A stretch of 62,952 bases of DNA, counting the filler, from Ministeria vibrans ATCC 50519 (taxonomy: Eukaryota > Protista > Filasterea), in assembly GCA_943704425.1 (NCBI GenBank). It is 13 parts of 13 records of this genome, joined end to end, with 100 filler letters (N's around TTAATTAATTAA, not from the genome) between each part and the next. Parts side by side here need not be neighbours in the genome. Positions count along the whole stretch, not along the records: positions 8,965 to 31,585 come from CALSCP010000475.1; positions 31,686 to 36,636 come from CALSCP010001568.1; positions 36,737 to 39,556 come from CALSCP010000383.1; 10 more parts are not named here. One strand, written 5' to 3'. The notes beneath the pieces are model-generated. The model did no database searches. It had not been told where the DNA came from and was given only the letters and a program-made list of their open reading frames with translations. A program made the position numbers and the translations under genes. Shown here in pieces: positions 25,482 to 37,302 of this stretch (position 1 is the first letter of the stretch; each line of letters starts with the position of its first letter).

Positions 25482-25916
25482 TCAATATAATTAAAATAAT
25501 TAATAATATTAATAGGAATAAATGAAGTCGAAAAGTTTACTCAAAAAGAAGGAGAGAGAGAGAGAGAATACACATATAAAAGAGAGTAATACAATGCTTC
25601 CGCCACGGACTAACTCCAAAAAGATGGGGCGCAATAATAATTATTATTATTTATATTTACTATGACATTGTGTTAATTGTATAGTGTATTAATAATAATA
25701 ATAATAAAATTAATTAATTTTATTATTATTATTAAATGTTCCGCCATAGACTAGCCCCAAGATTCAAGAAGAGTCATGAATCATGACAGAGTTAAACGAA
25801 AAATTTACAAAGATCTCACAAGAGTATTATAGTAATAGTAAAATTAATAATAATTATTATTATTGCTCTCTATTCTGAATTCTCACAAGTCTTATTATTA
25901 TTAATTTCTTATTATA

Positions 25917-26969
25917 CTAGAAATCTCCAATTTTCCAGTGATCGTGCCAGGTAAAAGAGAAGCTGTCGTGGTCGGCAGGTTGCATGGGCAACCACACGTA
26001 GGTAGCGTTGCTAACAGAGCCAACGCCACTGTTGTTCCAGTCGTCGCCCATGTAGATAAAGAGCTCCTTTCCCGTGTTTGGGTGTATGTAAGGAAGGACA
26101 AAGGTCGATTGAGAGTTAAAGGTGGTCGAAGAACCGGATGGATTGCCCAACGAGGTCCAGGAGGCCCCCGAGAGGTTTGGGGACCAGGCGAGAATGGCCG
26201 CGTTGGGCGACCAACCCGTCAGGTGACTGCCAAGCAAGTAGTAGCGACCGCCCGACTTGAAGATGCACTGCCCTTCCATCTTGGGTCCGCGCGACACGAT
26301 GCCCGTCGTGTTGAGAAAATCTTGGGTGAGCTTGGAGATGCCCGCGTACTGATTGTCGACGGAGCGCACAAGCCAGGCGGAGTCGCCCTCGGCGTACAAA
26401 CCCATATCGAGACTACGCTGACCATCCGGCTGGAATCCATGCACCCACTCAAAGGGACCCTTTGGATTGGCGCTCTGCGCAACGCCCACGGCGCCCATAG
26501 AGAACGAGCTGGTGTCCAGATGGAAATACATGACATATTTTTGAGTGTGTGCGCAAAAGACAACCTTGGGGCGCTCAATGCGGTACGGACCGGGCTGCCA
26601 AACGTCCACAATGCTTGTGTTGTGGAACACCACCCCGTGGTCTGTCCACGTCCCAAGGTCGGTCGACGTGTACAGCGTGATACCCTCCGACAGCCAACCC
26701 GGCTGTGTTTTGATCGAAGTTCCATACCAGTGGTAGAGCGTGCCGACTTTCAGGATGCCGCCGCCGTGAGCATGGATATTCTTGCCACTGGTGTCGGTGG
26801 GGAGCGGGTAGCCCGGAGAAATGACCGTATTCTGCGCCATCAAAACAAACAAACAAACGTTGAAGTGAAAAACATAATCACACACACAAACAACCTCAGG
26901 ATTGGGCGCAGCAACCGTCAGTGCAACAAAAGACCATGTAGCTAGTAGGATGCAAGCGGGTAGATGCAT
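25917..26969 (-). CDS. Secreted glycoside hydrolase family 43 (GH43_24-like galactanase/arabinanase type); 1 intron
   Basis: Signal peptide; IHAHGGGILKVG..YHWYG, IERPKV, SLDMGLY, HLTGWSPN, TFNSQSTFVLP, YMGDDW, YVWLP. Confidence 0.9.
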   Translation of the reverse strand: MHLPACILLATWSFVALTVAAPNPEVVCVCDYVFHFNVCLFVLMAQNTVISPGYPLPTDTSGKNIHAHGGGILKVGTLYHWYGTSIKTQPGWLSEGITLYTSTDLGTWTDHGVVFHNTSIVDVWQPGPYRIERPKVVFCAHTQKYVMYFHLDTSSFSMGAVGVAQSANPKGPFEWVHGFQPDGQRSLDMGLYAEGDSAWLVRSVDNQYAGISKLTQDFLNTTGIVSRGPKMEGQCIFKSGGRYYLLGSHLTGWSPNAAILAWSPNLSGASWTSLGNPSGSSTTFNSQSTFVLPYIHPNTGKELFIYMGDDWNNSGVGSVSNATYVWLPMQPADHDSFSFTWHDHWKIGDF

Positions 26970-27191
26970 TCTTTGAGGCAAGCGTTTATTTTTGACAGAA
27001 ATTTGACTTTTCGACAGTCGCCAGTCGACTTCCTTTTTTCGTCCAACCGGTCGAGCATAATGATTAATGATTAATTAATTACTTTTTACTTGGTCAGTAC
27101 TCAGTGGTCACTTTTTTTTTCTCTTCCCTGACCTCAAGTTGTCAACCAACACGTACATACATCCTACAAACCCTTCCCGTCCATTGTTTCA

Positions 27192-29318
27192 ATGAGCATC
27201 GAAGCGTCACGATCGCTCGAAGAGTCGACCCCCAAAAATTTTGAGGCGACCCTCAAAAATTTGCAATCAAATAATATTGCAACTCCTGCCAAGGCTCAAC
27301 CGGCCGTGGACTGCGGCACCCAACGTACAGCATCAATGGAAAGTGTCGCGGACAGCAGCAGCGAAGACGATGCGTCGGCGGGATCGTCAGACGAGTCGTC
27401 GTCTCCAAGTTCGACCGAGAACCCAGTGCTGGTCGAATCCTCAACAGCTCAACCCAAACTCACCAAAGCCCAGCTTCAGGCTGAAAAACGGATCAATTGC
27501 ACAAGCAATCTTGTTGACAAGCTGACCAAGGACAAGAACTTCGCGGAGTCCATGAAGGTGTGTGAGTCTTTCTTCAACAAATACGCGAGTGAGTACGTCG
27601 ACAGTCACGCGTACGATTGTCAACTTGCCTTGATCTATGTGGCTCTGGGGCGTGCCCATGTCCACTTCAACAACAAGAAAAAAGGACTGGAGCTCTTCTT
27701 CAAAGCGTTTGACATTGAGACCAAGCGTGGTGTCGAGGAGGCCACGCGAATAACCATGGTGGACCACATCTGCCGCCTGGCCATGAAACTCGACGATTTT
27801 ACCACGATGGAAGACTGCTTGGCCCGCCACATGACGCTGGCACGCCCCAACGGCCCTTTGCCGAGCCGGGTGGAAATCCAATTGGCCATGGCTGAGAAGC
27901 TCATGCAGGCAGATTTAAACGACAAGGCAGTGACACTCCTACAAACGCTGCTGGCGCGGGTCCACGAACATTCCGACAGCGACCACGACGCTAACAAGGC
28001 GCTGGAGGCTTCTATTCATCATACACTTGCGCAGTCACTCACAAATGCAGCCGCGCTCCTTCCAGATCGACAGCTGGATGCGTTGAAGCAGCCTGAGCAA
28101 AAGGACGACCAGACGGCCGAGGACACCACCAGCCTAACGGTGGCCACGGGTACTGGTGCCCCTGCTAAGCCTCATGAGACGGCTAGCGAGATGGCACGTA
28201 AACTTCTGGCCAAGGTCAATGCGGATGAGGAGCACCGCCAGAAGTGCAAGGAGCTTATTGAGGATTGTGTCCAGGTAGAGAACAAGCAACTGACAACGGC
28301 CAGTGAGCACTCGAGCAAGGCGGTGGAGCTCGCACGTGGACTCTACGACAAGGGAACGTTCTCGTGGACCGATCTCACCAATACTCTGGTGCAGCATGGT
28401 ACAGTGTTTACACGTCTCGAGAAGTACGACGCGGCACAGGCGGCGTTGAGCGAGGCAAGGGGCGTTGCGCTTGAGGAGATGGCCAGATTCGGCGTCGAAG
28501 TGGAATCGTCAACAGCCACGACGAAGCGCAAGGATGCAGATGCAACCCCCGAGACCAATGTGTACGCCGCTCAGGCTGTTGGTGCCGTGACGCTGTTCTG
28601 TGTCGTTGCTGTCCGGCTCAGTAAGCTTGCGCACACCAGACTGACATCGAGACCCGCAACGGAGTCAGCCGGAAAATCGAGGTCTAAGTTGAAGACTGAG
28701 GAGTGTGCCAATCGCATTCAGGAGCGCATTGCACACGTTGAGAAGCCTATTTTGGAGGCTATAAGCGCGATTGATATGCTCTGCTTGCAATTTTTGCTTG
28801 ACCGCGCGATTGCACGTTGTCTATGGAACATATTGAAGGAGCTGCAGGTACATGTTCAGCGGGTGCTGCCTGCCACTGCCAGCCTTCAAGAGGCCCAGAG
28901 TGCTCTGGGCATTGCTCGCCGGTTGCAAGGCGTGTTTGAGCACATTTTCAATAGTGTGAATTTACTAAAGGCAGCGCTATGGCTCAAGTACGCTCGCATG
29001 GACACGGCGCTGTGCCTGATTGCCTGCGCACGCTTCCAGACGGGTCGACAACTATCAAAGGGCAAGCACTCGCTGGCCGAGGCCATCAGTCTCTTGCACG
29101 TGACGACCCCCGATGCGCCTCTGAATACCCCTGACGTGTGCTTGGAGTTGAGCGTCGCAGCGCACGTGTACATTCTCCAGAGCAAGACGGAGCTTGCCCT
29201 AACCTGTGCTCAGGCAGCCTACACGGCCACATGCACTCTCGTGGAGGACTATCCTGACTCGGTTGAGGCACGCCATGCAAAAGAGGTCTGCAGCAAGACA
29301 CTGATGCAAATTGGCTGA
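27192..29318 (+). CDS. 708-aa intronless alpha-helical (TPR-like) hypothetical protein
   Basis: Long single ORF, Ala/Leu-rich helices (YVALGRAH..KGLELFFKAF; LEKYDAAQAALSEAR). Confidence 0.7.
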   Translation: MSIEASRSLEESTPKNFEATLKNLQSNNIATPAKAQPAVDCGTQRTASMESVADSSSEDDASAGSSDESSSPSSTENPVLVESSTAQPKLTKAQLQAEKRINCTSNLVDKLTKDKNFAESMKVCESFFNKYASEYVDSHAYDCQLALIYVALGRAHVHFNNKKKGLELFFKAFDIETKRGVEEATRITMVDHICRLAMKLDDFTTMEDCLARHMTLARPNGPLPSRVEIQLAMAEKLMQADLNDKAVTLLQTLLARVHEHSDSDHDANKALEASIHHTLAQSLTNAAALLPDRQLDALKQPEQKDDQTAEDTTSLTVATGTGAPAKPHETASEMARKLLAKVNADEEHRQKCKELIEDCVQVENKQLTTASEHSSKAVELARGLYDKGTFSWTDLTNTLVQHGTVFTRLEKYDAAQAALSEARGVALEEMARFGVEVESSTATTKRKDADATPETNVYAAQAVGAVTLFCVVAVRLSKLAHTRLTSRPATESAGKSRSKLKTEECANRIQERIAHVEKPILEAISAIDMLCLQFLLDRAIARCLWNILKELQVHVQRVLPATASLQEAQSALGIARRLQGVFEHIFNSVNLLKAALWLKYARMDTALCLIACARFQTGRQLSKGKHSLAEAISLLHVTTPDAPLNTPDVCLELSVAAHVYILQSKTELALTCAQAAYTATCTLVEDYPDSVEARHAKEVCSKTLMQIG

Positions 29319-29333
29319 ACATCACGTGATGGG

Positions 29334-29366
<33 letters not shown>

Positions 29367-29856
29367 AGGGAGACAAAGTGATAGAGTGATATAGAGAGAC
29401 ATTAAGATGATATAGAGAGATCTAGGAATGAGAGATGAAATGACAACATTTGACCGAGAGACATGTGGGCTAGAGAAAGCGAACAATCAAACGAATAAAA
29501 AAAAACTGTGTGTGAGAAGTAAATAAAGGTTTAGGACGCCAATGATCAATATTATTATAAATACATTAGAGAGAGTCAGAGATCTAGAGGGCCGGGTACA
29601 AGTAACAAGAAATAAGTGACAAGTCAACGAGCTGTTTGTTTTACTTTGAATTTTCTGAACACTTTCTGAAGTGGGTTCAGCTGTTCATCATTGACAATTC
29701 AGATAAGACGTGATCAGTGATGAATCCATGAAGCATTGATCAGTAATGACAATTAAACTTATTTAACTGTTAACATTTTTCTTGACTTCTTCAGATTATT
29801 CACAAGACGCATCACTCACTCACGGTATTAGAGTGGACAAGAAAGATATCTATTAG

Positions 29857-31015
29857 ATGGAAAAGGTTTCATCATCGTCAAGTAGTGCGCGCGGTCGCGA
29901 ATCGGGTGAGCCACTAACTCTCAAACTCTCAAACTCTCAAACTCTCAAACTCTCAAACTCTCAAACTCTCTCAANNNNNNNNNNNNNNNNNNNNNNNNNN
30001 NNNNNNNNNNNNNNNNNNNNNNNNNNNNNNNNNNNNNNNNNNNNNNNNNNNNNNNNNNNNNNNNNNNNNNNNNNNNNNNNNNNNNNNNNNNNNNNNNNNN
30101 NNNNNNNNNNNNNNNNNNNNNNNNNNNNNNNNNNNNNNNNNNNNNNNNNNNNNNNNNNNNNNNNNNNNNNNNNNNNNNNNNNNNNNNNNGCTAACTCTAC
30201 ATGTGTGCTGTATGCAGGGCGTCTAAAGGAGCAGGATGCCACGAAAGTGTTGGATAACTTTACTAGAAGGAAAGTAAGTGCGACTGTCACTTCTGGTGTG
30301 TGTGCACTCTTGTTCGCTCATCGACTCCTTTGCCGTTCAGCGCCAAATGCGACAGCTCCATGCTCTTGAACAGGACAACTTTCAAGACGACCCTAAGCTA
30401 AAGATGGAAGATTTGCCCTCGAACATGCCCAAGGCATTGAAGGAAGACAGTACGACGGCTCGCACTGTTGGTTCCCTTCGTTTCTCTCACACTCGCAACT
30501 ACTTATACTCATTCGCTTCGTTTTTGTTTTGTCTGTCTGTCTGTCTGTCTGTCTGCGTATGTGTGTGTGTGTGTGTGGCACAGTGAAACGGAAGGCAAAG
30601 AAGAAAGGTTCCGTGAGTGCACGCCTGCGCAAGGAGCGAATGCGCGTCACGTTTGCACAGCTCTTAGAAGAAGCCGTAAAACGTTCACAAACGACATAGC
30701 CACCTTCTCCATTTTTGTCTAATTATTTTGCTCTGTTTTCCCCACACAAGAAACTTCACGAACTGCCACGAGACACTCCCTCCTATCTCACTGCCAACGC
30801 GCCTCCTTCGAGAATACCCCCCAAACCGTACTGTGCCGTATGCGGGTAAAACAAAATCAAGAATAATAATAATAATTAATAAACAATATTTTATCGACGA
30901 TTTGACTTGTAGGTTTCCTGCGCCTCACACGTGCGTTGTATGCGGAGTGCGGTACTGTCAGTTGCGCTGTCTCAAGACACACAAAGAGACGCGCTGTCTC
31001 AAATGGACCTCATGA
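29857..31015 (+). CDS. ZNHIT1: Zinc finger HIT protein 1 / Vps71 / Swc6 (SWR1 complex); multi-exon
   Basis: ALEQDNFQDDP, FAQLLEE, SYLTANAPPS..P..YCAVCGFP..TCVVCGVRYCQLRCLKTHKETRCLKWT. Confidence 0.92.
29916..29970. repeat. (AAACTCTC)n octamer tandem repeat in an intron
   Basis: About 7 units read directly. Confidence 0.9.
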
Positions 31016-31109
31016 CGAAAAACAAAAATATACCATAAAATTATTATTGTACTCATTATTAAAAGTTTGGATAGTTACAGAAAAGGTGTGTACATGAGTG
31101 AGTGCGTCG

Positions 31110-31493
31110 TTACAAATGAGGATCGTCTTCGTGTGAGAACGATCCCTGGGACGATACTTGAGTGCGGACTCGGACTCGGTGTCTCTCCGAATCGCGCAAA
31201 TGTCGCTGGAAGAGACAACAAGTCAGAGGAACTCCCGAGACGACAGGATTGCATTGTACCTCAACTTGTGGTGCTGTTTCGCGATCGTACTTGTCGTCGA
31301 GTCGTGCCAAGTACGATTTGGACTGATCGACGTTGCGCGAGAGGGCATCGAGCCAGTCACCGCAGCGCAGAGCAGACGTACTGGCTGGATCGTGGCAGGG
31401 CGTCGACTTGGGCCGTGGCGAACTGCCGCTTGTGCTATGGTGGTGTTGTGCGGGAGTCGCGCTGGTTGTGCTGTTCTTCGCTTTGCCTTTGCC

Positions 31494-31494
<1 letters not shown>
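31110..31494 (-). CDS. 3' fragment of an unidentified gene
   Basis: CAG acceptor after (CT)n, open frame ..WLDALSRNVDQSKSYLARLDDKYD.. Confidence 0.4.
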
Positions 31495-31585
<91 letters not shown>

Positions 31586-31685
31586 NNNNNNNNNNNNNNN
31601 NNNNNNNNNNNNNNNNNNNNNNNNNNNNNTTAATTAATTAANNNNNNNNNNNNNNNNNNNNNNNNNNNNNNNNNNNNNNNNNNNN

Positions 31686-31775
<90 letters not shown>

Positions 31776-31817
31776 CCTCACGAGACGAACCTGATCTCCC
31801 TTCTCCTCGCTCTTAGC

Positions 31818-32749
31818 GCCCCGCCCACAACCACTAGTGCGGCAGAGTCGCTGCAGTCGCGCATGGGCGGACAATTGGCCACTGAGGTACTGCTTTTGCT
31901 TCCAATCGCGTCCTTTTTCAAACCCGCTGTGATGCTCTCTTCATCCTTCCTAACGCTCTCACGCTTAGCTCCTCAGCGCCGGGCGAGCACAAGCAGAAAA
32001 GGCATACACGTCGTATGTGAAGATTGACTTTCTCCGGCCCTACTTCGTGGTGGAGCCGGCGGACGTGCGCTCGCGACTCATGGCCTCGCTTCTGCCACGA
32101 AAGCCAACGGGGGGCGACCAGGCTGCCTTTCAGGGCGATCTCTACTCGCCTCTCATGCTGGTCTTGACCCTTGTGACTGTCCTGCTGTACGGCATGAAAG
32201 CGGGGTCTGCGCCGTCGGTAGGCGTGGAGGGCACGGTGATGGGCACGGCGCTGTTTGCGGCCTTTGGCTATTGGTTTGGCGCATCGACCGTCTTCTCAGT
32301 GCTCGCGTACGTCTTCAATTGCAATCTCTCTATCATCCAGGTGCTCAGCCTCACTGGCTACGGTATATTTGGCTATTGTATTGTGCTCGTTGCGTCGTCG
32401 CTGTTTCCCTCCTCAGGTGAGAGACTGAGAGAGCATTGCCTAAATCACAACACTGAATACGAAAAATGATATAATTCACAATGCTTCACTATGGTTCAGG
32501 GCTATTTTATGTTTTGTGGCTGACCATTGGACTGGCGTGTTCGCTGCGGATTGCAAGCGAGTTCTTCCTGGCGACGACCATCCGGCGCCAGGGTTTCCTT
32601 GTGGGGGCGGTCGTCGCGGCCGTCCACTGGCTCTACCTTTACTATCTCAAGTACGCCTACCACTCCTTTGTCGCCGGTAAGCTCCCTCTTGACTGTTCCC
32701 CACACGCATACTTACATGCCCATTTTTGTGTGTAGGTCTGGTCCATTAA
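31818..32749 (+). CDS. YIPF3: YIPF3 (Yip1-domain Golgi protein); 5' end in gap
   Basis: IDFLRPYF.VEPADVRSRL..SLLP, GDLYSPLMLVLTLV..LLYGMK, EGTVMGTA...FGYWFG, QVLSLTGYGIFG. Confidence 0.88.
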
Positions 32750-33021
32750 GGTTAATTGCTTACATCTGTACAAACGATAATACATTTATTCGCTTTCTTT
32801 TTTTTCAAACCAAGCTCCCTCTTGACTGTTCCCCACACTCAGCAGACTCACGTGCCCATTCTTGTGTGTAGATCATGTCCAAAGTTCACTACCTACTATT
32901 GTACATGCAATAATACAATTATTTTTTCCAAACAAACAAAAAGAAATAAGTTACAATTGTACAAGATGACAGGAGACGAAACAATATAAGAACCGAGTCG
33001 GTTTGAAGTCCAAAGACGCAC

Positions 33022-33744
33022 TCATTGGTTCTGAAACGTCTCAAGTTGGGCTGTAAAGACCTCCTCAGCATGCACACACATCTCCCGCAACTGCGTGAGT
33101 CCCGTCTCCAGCGCACCCGCAGACGCAGACGCCCCTTCTGCGTCCCCACCACCATCGTGCATCTGAACGCGCATCTTCACCTCGCGCTTGCTTGGGTGCG
33201 GCACAGTGTAACCGCAAAATTGCACGTCAGGGCTACAAAGAAAACAGTCACCTCCGTTAGAAAACTCGATTTCGCGGCGGTCATCGCCTCCGTACACACC
33301 ATACAATACTATAATTATACAAATAGGAGTGCCAAAATGAATGGCATTGTAGAAAAGAGAAACGTGATGGGCACATCGTTCTCACATCGTCGTCATGAGG
33401 ACAATCGGGGCACGTTCCCTGGCGCCCCTTTCCCCGACGGCCCACACTGAGAGTACGCTCGCGGGGCCATGTGAGGGGCGAAATGCATTCGTGTGCGAGT
33501 GCAAAATCGTTGTCGCGCTCTCTCGCTCTCCCACTCCCCTCATCCGCTTGCGCACTTACTTCCCCATAATAACATGTCTGAGTGCATTGCCAAGCGTGTG
33601 ATCCTGGTCGTCAAACAGGGCGGTGACGCACGAAAGAGAGCCCTCGTTTCCAATGCTCACTTTCACCGGAATAGCCTTCACCTCGTCCGAAGCGGTGTCC
33701 ATATCGCCCGCACCTGTTCCTTCGGCGTGTTCTGTGTCGGTCAT
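33022..33744 (-). CDS. POLR1D: RNA polymerase I/III subunit RPAC2 (AC19); one 327-nt intron (33233-33559)
   Basis: DQDHTLGNALRHVIMG|NPDVQFCGYTVPHPS..MRVQ..L..GL..L..MC.H...F. Confidence 0.93.
33345..33482 (-). ncRNA. Candidate intronic two-hairpin (H/ACA-like) RNA
   Basis: Hairpin CGCCCCT..AGGGGCG with internal loop and GGCCC/GGGCC upper stem; hairpin AACGTG..CACGTT with internal loop; ACA triplet downstream (33348-33350); H box non-canonical (AGGGAA). Confidence 0.4.
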
Positions 33745-33830
33745 GGCCCCAAAAAACGAGTATAAACAATTTAGTGTTGACTAAGTAGGTTTGAGTTTTT
33801 TTTTGAGTCATTCAATTGATTTATCTCACA

Positions 33831-34991
33831 ATGACTGACTTCTCTGCATTGAAAAGTAAGCTCCACCCTCTAACCCTTGCGCCCCTTGCAATGCTGCTGA
33901 CGTGTATATCTGTGCTCCTGCGTGCGGTGCAGATGAGGAGGTGGCAATGGAAGGCGAGGCGCTCGAGTCCATTTTCGACGACGACTTCGAATACGATCAT
34001 CCCTCGTTTGTCATCCAACTGCGCATCAACGAAGACGACGCCCAGGTCAACGAGGACGACGACGACATCGCCGTCGACGAAGGTGCGTGTTTTCGAGTCT
34101 TGTCCAGCTCTGTCGTGTCTCACTTTCGCTCTTCTCCTTTTCGCTCCCAGCTTACGCAACCTTGCGATGCACTCTGCCTGGCGCATACCCCGATGAGTCC
34201 CCGGTCATGTCGTTGGAAGACTGTGGCGATCTGCTGACTAGAGACAGGCAGGGCGAGCTGATGGAGAAGCTTATGCAAGAGGTACGCACTCACCGCAACG
34301 CAGACGCAGACGCTTGACTCGAGCTGTGTTTTAGGCCGAAGAGAACCTTGGCATGACGTGTGTGTATTCATTGGCCACGGCTGTCAAAGACTACATGATA
34401 GACCTGATCGCCTCTTTGAGAAAGGAAAAGGAGAAAAAGGAACTGGAGCGAGTGCGACAAGAAGTCAACGACGTACGTTTAACGTCTTCTTTCTCATCAC
34501 TGTGTTCTCTCTACGCCCTCTCTATCACTTTGCTTCTTTCTCCCTTCTCCGTCTTTATTTGTGTCTCCCTTCTCCCCATAACTTTGTTTTTTCCTTCCTC
34601 TTCACTTTTTCGCTTTTCCCTTCTTTCTTTTATCCTTTTTTTTCTCTCTATTAAATTTTGTTATCTCCTTTTGGCGTAGGAGGTGGACCGGTCTGGAACA
34701 CCGTGCACAGTCGAGTCGTTTATGGCATGGAAGAATAACTTGTACGCTTTATTAACTACCACTACAACCCGTAACTGATCTCTATACGTGTCATGATTCT
34801 TTATTAATTTTAATAGTGACATTGAGTTAGCTTCAAAGACGAAAAAGGTGGATAAGAGCAGAGCGGGGAAGTTGACGGGAAAGCAACTGTTTCAATCGGA
34901 CTCGAAATTGGCGTTGTCCGATGCCAAGATGATGGCACCCGATGAGGGTACAGTCGAGAAAGACTGACTGACAAAGGGACTAACCAGCGTA

Positions 34992-35033
<42 letters not shown>

Positions 35034-35122
35034 TAGGAGATGTGGAGATTGATGAGACGCTGTTTGAGGAAGATGATGCCGCAACGGAGGTGGCAGGAGG
35101 GTCGCAAGAGGACAGTGACTGA
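33831..35122 (+). CDS. RWDD1: RWD domain protein 1 / Gir2 (DFRP2); multi-exon
   Basis: EGEALESIF, YPDE.P, AEENLGM..VYSL...KD, GTPCTVESFMAWK, KLTGKQLF, VEIDETLF. Confidence 0.92.
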
Positions 35123-35303
35123 GTTAAGTATGTGGGTGAATGAGTGAGCTGTACAGAACGAGAAGCCAAGTTAATGTGAGAAGGAAATTTCGATGGGGTA
35201 AAAGATTAGGGACCGCTGTGCTTAACACAATCAACACAGTTGGTCCGTGTATATAAGAGAGTATGAGTGTATGTAAAGTGTTCAACAAGAGCGGATGATG
35301 GCT

Positions 35304-35518
35304 CTAGGGATCATTGTCGATGTGATTGCCAACGACAAAGGTATGGCGCTTGGGGCGAGGGTGGACGGCATTGCCTGCCCGCGCAACTGGCACAACCATC
35401 TCCACCAGATCCAACGACAAATGTCGGTGCACCAGCGAGTGCAAGTTCTGGCTCTCGTTCACCAGTCCTTGTCTGAATAACGTGCGTCAGCCAAGTCACA
35501 CACCCACAGACACACACA

Positions 35519-35550
<32 letters not shown>

Positions 35551-36636
35551 CAAGCTCAAGTCGTACCGTCTCAAGAGCAGCTCCACGTCGGCAATGCTGC
35601 TCACTCGTCGGCGCCCATGCTCACTGAATGCCTCCACATCATCCATAGCCTGCCCTACAAATTCATGCGCACTATATAGACACACATGCAACAATAAATA
35701 GAGATCAGAATAGAACGATGGAGACGGTGTTTGACGTACAGCGAACAGAGCTCCTCGGTTGCCTCCGTGGTGATAATGTGACCAGGCAGAAAAGAGAGGA
35801 AGGTATCGCGTGCCATGTGAGGAGTGATGCGCGACGTCTTCTTCTTGCGCGGCTTCTTCGCCTGCCCGTCTAGCGTGCGCTTCACCGCCCCCGTCCGGCC
35901 TCTGGAAGCCGCATCCAACAGGGCGTCCCTGCGCGGACCCATCTGCTCTGTCTTCACCAGCCCTTCCTCCGCCACCCGCATCACCGGTTGGATTTTGGCT
36001 GGTAGTCGTCGCAGTCGCGCCCCAATCTTCACCGCGTCCCCTTCGCTTGATTCACTCATGGGTGCCGGCTCTTCGTCGCTCGACGACTCACTTTCAGATG
36101 ACTCTGATTCAGACAAGTCCTCTTCTTCTCTTTCCTCCCCTTCCCTCTCCTCGTCCTCTGCTTCTTCTTCTTCTACTTCTCCTTCCTTCTCCTCCTCCTC
36201 CTCCTCTGCCTCTTCAACGATCACACTAGCAAAGCAATGCATTAGTACACTATCTTTCGTCTTGGGAGTGCACCTTTCACTGCGCTCACGCGACGACGAC
36301 TCAAAGCGAGGCTTCTTGACAGACGGGCCACTCGGCGGTGTCGGCACTACGCGTAATAAGAGAGCACAGTCAGCATCGGCAATCGGGTGGGCAAGCAAGG
36401 CGTACACGTCGCCATGACGCCGCGCATCAGCGTCCGCGGCGTCTCCTTGCCCGCTGTTGCCGCCGCTGTCGCCGCCGCTGCCTTCCGGACACTCTTGCGC
36501 GTCGATCCAGACGTTGTGCCATCCGCCGGGTCGGGCGAGGGCTCCATTACCGCTCGCATCTGCGCAAAGTGTTGACAAACCGTCAAAGAAGAAAGTGATC
36601 TCTGCTGCTGACGAAGACGGTGATGAGGAGGAAGAA
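35304..36636 (-). CDS. CENPT: Centromere protein T-like (C-terminal histone fold)
   Basis: QAMDDVEAFSEHGRRR..ADVELLLRR|QGLVN...LHSLVHRHLSLD..VVPVARAGNAVHP matches the CENP-T tail; N-terminal TPRTLMRGVM motif; acidic linker. Confidence 0.82.
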
Positions 36637-36772
36637 NNNNNNNNNNNNNNNNNNNNNNNNNNNNNNNNNNNNNNNNNNNNTTAATTAATTAANNNNNNNN
36701 NNNNNNNNNNNNNNNNNNNNNNNNNNNNNNNNNNNNGCGACGAGTGAGTCTGGCAAGACATCAAAACGCATA

Positions 36773-37009
36773 CCATCAAGAAGCTGAAGAATGCGCCCTC
36801 TGGAGTCGGGTGCCTCCGTCGAGAGCTGTTGGATACGCTGTCGCATCCCCTCGTCGGCCAAACGTGCGTGGACTTGCTCCCTATATCCCCAACGAGACGG
36901 GCGTCTTGAACTTGGCGCCAAAACCACAAAGGTTGTTCCCAATTCATAAAACACACCTCAAAGCTGCAAGTTTCTCATCAGGCAGTGACCTGTCAGGATT
37001 AGTCATCAT
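36773..37009 (-). CDS. 5' fragment of a CEP76-like centrosomal protein
   Basis: Spliced MMTNPDRSLPDEKLAALR|EQVHARLADEGMRQRIQQL resembles the CEP76 N-terminus (SLPPEK..ELKQLIHQQL...VHGRIREIL); short match only. Confidence 0.45.
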
Positions 37010-37302
37010 CGTGAGGTCGACAGCAACAAACGCACGGAAATAAGTCTGATCAACTGGTTCAACATTATACTCGATTATAATTTATATTCTCTTTCAACTT
37101 GGCTCAGCTCAAATTCATACAGTGATTTCACTTGAATGAACGACCAACAACCATTAGACATTGATCGCTTGATTCGCCGTCTCGATCCTGTGCGACCCAC
37201 GCGCGTCCCCGCCAAAATAATACTCACCTCAATCTCATCACTCCCAACCAAAAGAGAGATTAGCCACTCTTTATTTCAATGTACAACTTCCCCCACCTTC
37301 TT

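Noticed and set aside
25594-25762. Two similar 28-mers (TTCCGCCA..GACTA.C.CCAA) upstream of YdjC
   Set aside because: Only two degenerate copies; a small local duplication with no further support
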